A stretch of 64,000 nt of DNA from Pedosphaera parvula Ellin514 (GTDB taxonomy: Bacteria; Verrucomicrobiota; Verrucomicrobiia; Limisphaerales; JADJPG01). This document shows positions 58,769 through 64,000 of this stretch, piece after piece. Under the pieces are notes generated by a model. It worked only from the letters and a program-made list of their open reading frames with translations. It did not search any database and was not told the origin of the DNA. The translations under genes and the position numbers were made by a program. The first letter of the stretch is position 1. Each line of letters begins with the position of its first letter. The stretch is taken from the NCBI GenBank assembly GCA_943332515.1, contig CALQPR010000013.1:21106-85105 (forward strand). Direction: 5' to 3'.

Positions 58769-60964
58769 ATGCCCACGAACCCGAACTCCCGACCAAGCTC
58801 CCGCACGAACACGCGCCCCTCGCACAGCCCCGGCGACGCGGCTCCGCCCATCGACTTCCGGATGCTGTATTACACGCTCCGTGAGCGCACCTGGATGATT
58901 GGCCTCTGTCTGCTGGTGGCCGGTCTGGCCACGACCACCTACCTGCTGCGCGCGCCGAAGATTTATGAGGGCAAGCTCATCCTTCAAGTTGAGCAAGAGG
59001 AACAGAAGATCCTCAATATCCAACGCGTGCAACACGAAGATGCCGCCAATGTTGAGTTCCTGAAAACAGTCGAGCAGACCTTGCAGAGCCGGACGCTCTT
59101 TGAGCGGGTTATCGACACCAATGGACTCGCCACGAACGATCGCTTTTCACGGCCCGATCCGGATGCACCTCGACCCACTCGCGAGCAGCTTGTGACCAGG
59201 CTGGCAAAGATGGTCGAAGTGAAGCTTCGGAAAGGATCGCGCCTCATCGACGTCACCGTAGAGCATACGGATCCCGAGCTTTCGGCGAGGATCGCCAACT
59301 CTCTCGTGAATGAATTTCTCGGGCAAAACTACGAGTACAGCTCTTCGTCGTCGGATCTGGCTTTCAGCTTTCTTAAGAACGAGGAGGTTCGCCTCAAGGC
59401 CAAGCTCGAACAATCCGAGCGTGCGATGCAGGATTACAAGGAGCTGACCAAGTCGGTGTCCCTCGAGGACCGCCAGAACGTTGTCGTGGAAAAGCTCAAG
59501 GAGCTGAACCAGAAGGTCACGGAGGCGAAATCGATCCGCATCACGTCCGAGACTGCTTACAACCAGGCCCAGAAGCTTGGGAGCAACGCCGCCGCGCTGA
59601 TGTTTCTGCCGGCCGTGACGGCTGATCCCACGGTGGCGGACATTCGTGTGAACATCGGCAAGCTCGAATCTGAACTGGCCAACCTGCGCCAGCGCTACAA
59701 GGAGAAGCATCCGCGTTACATTCAAGTGGCCAGCCAGTTGTCCGAGTGGAAGAACAGCCTGACCAACGCCATCTTCAACATCCCGCAGGGCATCCGTTCC
59801 CAATATGAAAGCGCGAAGGCTGCCGAGGTCGCGCTCGAAGCCGCACTGGTGGAGCAGGAGACCGCTGCTCTGGCGCTGAACAAGCGCTCGATCGTTTACA
59901 ACAAGCTGGCTCGGGAGGTGGACTCCGACCGCACGCTTTACGAATCTGTAATCAACCGGCTCAAGGAAACCACGCTCACGAAGGAGATCAAGCCGAGCAA
60001 GATTCGCGTCGTTCAGCAGGCGCAGGTGCCGGAACTGCCGATCAAGCCGAACAAGATCAAAGTCATTCTCCTGGGTCTCGTCGCGGGATTTGGTGGCGGC
60101 ATTCTCATCGCGCTGTTCCTCAGCTCGCTGGATCGTTCGCTCAAGACGGTGGATCAGACCGAGGAATTCCTTGGCGTGCCGGTGGTCAGCGCCATTCCGA
60201 AATTTACCGGGGCGCCCAAGGGCAAGCGCAAGCTCATCAGTTCTGACGACGCCGACTCTTGCGAGGCGGAAGCCTTCCGCACGCTGCGCACCGCGCTCTC
60301 GATGCTCGGTCGCAAGGACGAACGTCGCGTGTCTCTCTTCACCAGCGCCGTTCCCTCCGAGGGTAAAACGTTTTGCTCCGTGAACTACGCGATTAGCCTC
60401 GCGCAACAAGGGCTGCGGACGCTGATCATCGATTGTGACCTCCGCCGTCCGATGGTCGAGAATACGCTCATCAATAACAACAAGCGCGGCTTTGGCCTGA
60501 CGGATTACCTGACCGGACAGAAGGATTTCAAGACGGTGGTGCATTCGACGGAGACAGAGAATTTCTTCTACCTCCCGGCCGGAACTCATTCGCCCAATCC
60601 CGCCGAGCTGCTCGCCCAGACCGGCATCGACGGGTTGATTGATGAAGCTCTCCTCCACTTCGATCGCGTCATTGTCGATTCGGCTCCAGTTCATGCGGTG
60701 AGCGACACGCTCCTCGTCCTCAATCGTATCCAGACTCTGTGCCTCGTGGTGAAGTCCGGCTACACGCCGCGCAACTCCGTGCTCCGTGCGGTGCAGATGC
60801 TCAAGGAAGCGGGCGCTCCGCTGGCCGGTGCCATCTTGAATCAAATCCCCCGATCGCGCGGCGGGTCGGGCTATTACTACGACAGCTATTACAGCTACGG
60901 CTACTATGGCAAGGACGGCTACGGCGCGAAGGAGCGGGATCGTCAGAAGGCCGAGGCTGCGTAA
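58769..60964 (+). CDS. wzc: Polysaccharide co-polymerase / BY tyrosine autokinase (Wzc-like)
   Basis: Two TMs flanking a coiled coil; EAFRTLRT, Walker A SAVPSEGKT, LIIDCDLRRP, VIVDSAP; Tyr cluster GYYYDSYYSYGYYG. Confidence 0.9.
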   Translation: MPTNPNSRPSSRTNTRPSHSPGDAAPPIDFRMLYYTLRERTWMIGLCLLVAGLATTTYLLRAPKIYEGKLILQVEQEEQKILNIQRVQHEDAANVEFLKTVEQTLQSRTLFERVIDTNGLATNDRFSRPDPDAPRPTREQLVTRLAKMVEVKLRKGSRLIDVTVEHTDPELSARIANSLVNEFLGQNYEYSSSSSDLAFSFLKNEEVRLKAKLEQSERAMQDYKELTKSVSLEDRQNVVVEKLKELNQKVTEAKSIRITSETAYNQAQKLGSNAAALMFLPAVTADPTVADIRVNIGKLESELANLRQRYKEKHPRYIQVASQLSEWKNSLTNAIFNIPQGIRSQYESAKAAEVALEAALVEQETAALALNKRSIVYNKLAREVDSDRTLYESVINRLKETTLTKEIKPSKIRVVQQAQVPELPIKPNKIKVILLGLVAGFGGGILIALFLSSLDRSLKTVDQTEEFLGVPVVSAIPKFTGAPKGKRKLISSDDADSCEAEAFRTLRTALSMLGRKDERRVSLFTSAVPSEGKTFCSVNYAISLAQQGLRTLIIDCDLRRPMVENTLINNNKRGFGLTDYLTGQKDFKTVVHSTETENFFYLPAGTHSPNPAELLAQTGIDGLIDEALLHFDRVIVDSAPVHAVSDTLLVLNRIQTLCLVVKSGYTPRNSVLRAVQMLKEAGAPLAGAILNQIPRSRGGSGYYYDSYYSYGYYGKDGYGAKERDRQKAEAA

Positions 60965-60980
60965 AGAATTCTCAATCCGC

Positions 60981-61025
60981 CGAACCCGTCAGCGCCAGAT
61001 TGGAGCTGACGGGTTCGTGCTTTTT
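60981..61025 (+). terminator. Hairpin / probable terminator after wzc
   Basis: CGAACCCGTCAGC / GCTGACGGGTTCG 13-bp stem followed by TGCTTTTT. Confidence 0.6.
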
Positions 61026-61091
61026 ACCCGACTGCGCGTGACTGCCTGATTTGGAGTGGATTTTTCTCCATCGCAACTCTAGTTTTTGGCC

Positions 61092-62486
61092 ATGCCAGAA
61101 AAGACTCTCAGCGAGATACCGCGCGACCTGCGCGAGCTTTATCAAAAGGGCGCCACCGCGCTCCAGCGTCAAAATTTCGACTACGCCATCGCCATCTTCC
61201 AACAGGTTCTCCAGCGCGAGCCTGCCTTCCTCGAATGCCGCCAGGCGTTGCGTGCGGGCCAGATCAAGAAGGTCGGCGGCAGCACGGGCTTCTTCAAGAA
61301 GATGCTCGGCGGCGCCAGCAATTCACCTCTCATCGCCAAGGCGCAGATGGCCAAGAGCCGACCCGTGGAAGCCATGGTCATCGCTGAGCAGATCCTCGAA
61401 AACGATCCTCAAGGCTCGACTGGGAACAAGATTCTCGCCGAGTCCGCCATGGCGGCCGGCCTGCCGAAGACGGCCTGCTTTGCCTACGAGATTCTGCTCA
61501 AGACCGCGCCCAAGGATTATGAACTGGGCATGGCTTACGGGGCGGCCCTCGGCGCTTCCGGTCAGAATGACAAGGCGGAGGCGAACTATGTCGAGCTGAT
61601 GCGCGTCTATCCGCAGAAGGGTGAGATTTCCGCCGCGCTCAAGAACCTGTCTGCTCGACAGACTTTGAACGAAGGCGGCTACGAAGCTCTGGCGGATGGG
61701 ACGGGCAGCTACCGCGACATCCTCAAGAACAAGGACGAGGCGGTGAAGCTGGAGCAGGAGGCTCGCGCGGTAAAGACGGACGATGTCGCCGGCAATCTCA
61801 TCGCGGATTACGAATCGCGCCTCGTCCACGAGCCGCGCAACTTGAAGCTCGTGCGCAGCGTCGCTGAGCTCTACGCGCAGAAGAAGGATTACGACAAGTC
61901 GCTTGAATACTACGAGCGCATCCGTGCCTCCGAGCAGGGAGCTGATGCCTCACTGGAGAAGGCGATTTCCGAAATCGTCCTCAAGCGCTTCGATCAACTG
62001 CTGTCGCAACTGGATGCGGCGAACCCGGATCACGCCGCACAGATCGAACAGATCAAGGGCGAGAGAGCCGGCTTTCAGCTCGATGAGATCAAGAAGCGCG
62101 CGGAGCGTTACCCGACCGACCTTCAGATCAAGTTTGATCTCGGTCTGCTGTTCTATCAGCTCGGGAAGTTTAATGAAGCGATGGCCGAGTTTCAGAAAGC
62201 GCAGGCGAATCCCCAGCGTCGATTGCAGGCGATGGCTTACTTCGGCCAATGCCTTGCCGCCAAGGGTATGAATGACATGGCGGCGCGCAAGCTTCAGGAG
62301 GCGCTGAAGGAGAAGCCGGGCTTCGACGACGAGAAGAAGGAACTGATCTACATGCTCGGCAGCGTGCTCGAAAAGATGGGCAAGAAAGAGGAGGCCATCG
62401 AGCAGTTCAAACAGATTTACGAGAACGACATGGGCTACAAGGACGTCGCCGCCAAGGTGGACGCCTACTATTCGGGCCAGGGGTGA
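61092..62486 (+). CDS. Tetratricopeptide repeat protein
   Basis: Repeated TPR helices (FDYAIAIFQQVL, LGLLFYQLGKFNEAMAEFQKA, YMLGSVLEKMGKKEEAIEQF); no signal peptide. Confidence 0.85.
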   Translation: MPEKTLSEIPRDLRELYQKGATALQRQNFDYAIAIFQQVLQREPAFLECRQALRAGQIKKVGGSTGFFKKMLGGASNSPLIAKAQMAKSRPVEAMVIAEQILENDPQGSTGNKILAESAMAAGLPKTACFAYEILLKTAPKDYELGMAYGAALGASGQNDKAEANYVELMRVYPQKGEISAALKNLSARQTLNEGGYEALADGTGSYRDILKNKDEAVKLEQEARAVKTDDVAGNLIADYESRLVHEPRNLKLVRSVAELYAQKKDYDKSLEYYERIRASEQGADASLEKAISEIVLKRFDQLLSQLDAANPDHAAQIEQIKGERAGFQLDEIKKRAERYPTDLQIKFDLGLLFYQLGKFNEAMAEFQKAQANPQRRLQAMAYFGQCLAAKGMNDMAARKLQEALKEKPGFDDEKKELIYMLGSVLEKMGKKEEAIEQFKQIYENDMGYKDVAAKVDAYYSGQG

Positions 62487-62514
62487 GTCATGGTGACGCT
62501 CTGGACTAACGGGC

Positions 62515-62625
62515 GTTCCTGTTCCCGTTCTTAATCCTAATCGTAATCTTAATCCTGCTCTCGCTCTCACTCTCCGAGGCGGGAGGATTAAGATTAGGAG
62601 TAAGAGTAAGAATGGGAGTAAGGAG
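62515..62625. repeat. Mirror-arranged hexamer repeat palindrome
   Basis: Left arm GTTCCT GTTCCC GTTCTT AATCCT AATCGT AATCTT AATCCT; right arm AGGATT AAGATT AGGAGT AAGAGT AAGAAT GGGAGT (approximate reverse complement). Confidence 0.72.
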
Positions 62626-62635
62626 TTTTCTGATC

Positions 62636-63709
62636 ATGCCTCGCGTCATATTTCATCTCGATATGGACGCCTTCTACGCGTCGGTCGAGCAGCGGGATCG
62701 GCCGGAGCTGCGCGGTCAGCCGGTGATTGTCGGAGCGCCACCTTCCCGTCGTGGCGTAGTCGCGGCGGCCAGTTACGAGGCGAGGAAGTTTGGTGTTCGT
62801 TCGGCCATGCCCAGCGCGACGGCGGGCCGGCTTTGTCCCAAGGGAGTGTTTGTTCCGCCACGAATGGAGGCCTACCGCGCCGAGTCGCGTTGCATCATGG
62901 AGATCCTTGCGACGAGCGGCGGCATCGTCGAGCAGGTCTCCATCGACGAGGCTTACCTGGATCTATCCGCGCAATGCGAAGGTGCCGACGCGGATGATAG
63001 CCTGTTGCTCGGCCTGCCGATCGCGCGCGAGCTCCGGCGGCGCATTCGGGACGAGCGCGGTTTGACGGCGAGCATCGGCATCGCCTCGAACAAGCTGCTC
63101 GCGAAGATGGCCAGCGATTTTCAAAAGCCGGACGGCCTCACGCTGGTTCCTGAGCGCGATAAGGTTGAGTTCCTCCGTCCGATGCCCGTGCGCGCGATTC
63201 ATGGTGTGGGGAAGGTGACGGAGCAGGCGTTGTTGACGGCAGGGCTTCGAACGATTGGCGACTTGCAGGATCATCGCGGCGATTTGCGCGCGCTCGTCGG
63301 ATCTTGGGCGCCTCGCCTGCGCCAGTTCGCGTTCGGCGAGGATGATCGTCCGCTGGAACTCGGCGATGAGATCAAGAGCATCAGCGCGGAGGAGACGTTC
63401 GAGCGCGACACGGAGGATCGCCGAATCCTACGCGCCTGTCTGCGGGAACAGTCTTCTGATATCTCTGCGAAGCTCAAGCGCAAGCGGCTCGGCGCACACA
63501 CGGTGCAGGTGAAGGTTCGCTACGGCGATTTCACCACGCTCACGCGCCAGATCTCCGTTGAGGAACCGCTGACGGAAGCGAACGATATTTATCGGCTTGG
63601 CTGCTGGCTGCTTGGCCGCGAGAAGCTGGTGAATCGTCCGCTGCGCCTGCTCGGGCTCGGCGTGAGCGGGCTTGCCGAACCCGAGGCGCGTCAGCTCGCT
63701 TTGCTGTGA
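62636..63709 (+). CDS. dinB: DNA polymerase IV
   Basis: HLDMDAFYASVEQ, AASYEARKFGVRSAMP, SIDEAYLD, NKLLAKMASDFQKPDG, RLLGLGVS. Confidence 0.93.
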   Translation: MPRVIFHLDMDAFYASVEQRDRPELRGQPVIVGAPPSRRGVVAAASYEARKFGVRSAMPSATAGRLCPKGVFVPPRMEAYRAESRCIMEILATSGGIVEQVSIDEAYLDLSAQCEGADADDSLLLGLPIARELRRRIRDERGLTASIGIASNKLLAKMASDFQKPDGLTLVPERDKVEFLRPMPVRAIHGVGKVTEQALLTAGLRTIGDLQDHRGDLRALVGSWAPRLRQFAFGEDDRPLELGDEIKSISAEETFERDTEDRRILRACLREQSSDISAKLKRKRLGAHTVQVKVRYGDFTTLTRQISVEEPLTEANDIYRLGCWLLGREKLVNRPLRLLGLGVSGLAEPEARQLALL

Positions 63710-63723
63710 GCTAAACGCCTGAG

Positions 63724-64000
63724 TCAGGGCGGCGTCTGCCTGACGGCGAACAGCTCTTTCATCGTCGCGACGTAGAGCGTGCCGTTCGCCGGTGTGACGG
63801 TGGCGCTGATGGGGCTGCCGAGTTCCATCTCGCTGAGAACTTTCTTCTCCCGGCTGGCGGCGAAGACGAGGAACTGTCCGCTGCGTGTGCCGAGATAAAC
63901 TTTCCCGTCCGCCACCATCGGCGACGCCCAGACCTCGCCTTTGATGTCGTGCGTCCAAAGTGCGGTGCCAGTCGTCGCGTCCACGCAATGAAACTTGCGT
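63724..64000 (-). CDS. PQQ-like/BamB-type beta-propeller protein, 3' end only
   Basis: DATTGTALW, WASPMVADGKVYLG, ANGTLYVAT; ORF runs off the window edge. Confidence 0.75.
   Translation of the reverse strand, partial: RKFHCVDATTGTALWTHDIKGEVWASPMVADGKVYLGTRSGQFLVFAASREKKVLSEMELGSPISATVTPANGTLYVATMKELFAVRQTPP

Noticed and set aside
62515..62625. CRISPR-like interpretation of the periodic repeats (also 49816-49845)
   Set aside because: Units are 6-10 bp with no unique spacers and there are no cas genes.

Overview
GC-rich bacterial DNA, most likely Verrucomicrobiota (inferred from PVC-type DUF1549/DUF1553, DUF1501 and CxxCH beta-propeller genes). 1-29.4 kb: one co-directional run of mostly secreted proteins: three SASA/SGNH O-acetylesterases, a polysaccharide deacetylase-PATR fusion, a ThuA-like protein, two azurin-domain proteins, beta-propeller dehydrogenase-like proteins, a PSCyt1/DUF1549/DUF1553 + DUF1501 pair, a tandem HExxH peptidase and a hydroxyproline-dehydratase-like enolase-superfamily enzyme. 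29.5-37.7 kb: an NhaR-like LysR gene divergent from a minus-strand operon (hflK, hflC, TMEM14-like, PGPGW-like, YugP-like peptidase, small Cys protein, DUF3526-type ABC system). 37.8-49.8 kb: S9 dipeptidyl peptidase, PVC CxxCH protein and a second cytochrome/WD40/DUF1549/DUF1553-DUF1501-PPC cassette. 50-64 kb: lytic transglycosylase, hflX-radC-lpxA-recA, wza/wzc-like pair, TPR protein, dinB. No rRNA, tRNA, CRISPR array, transposase or integrase was seen. The most notable signals are a REP-like palindrome translated in-frame inside a fusion gene (44645-44729), other miniature repeats, a copper (azurin) version of the PVC heme-propeller system, and a candidate C-terminal sorting domain. All family names come from motif recognition by eye; no database searches were run.
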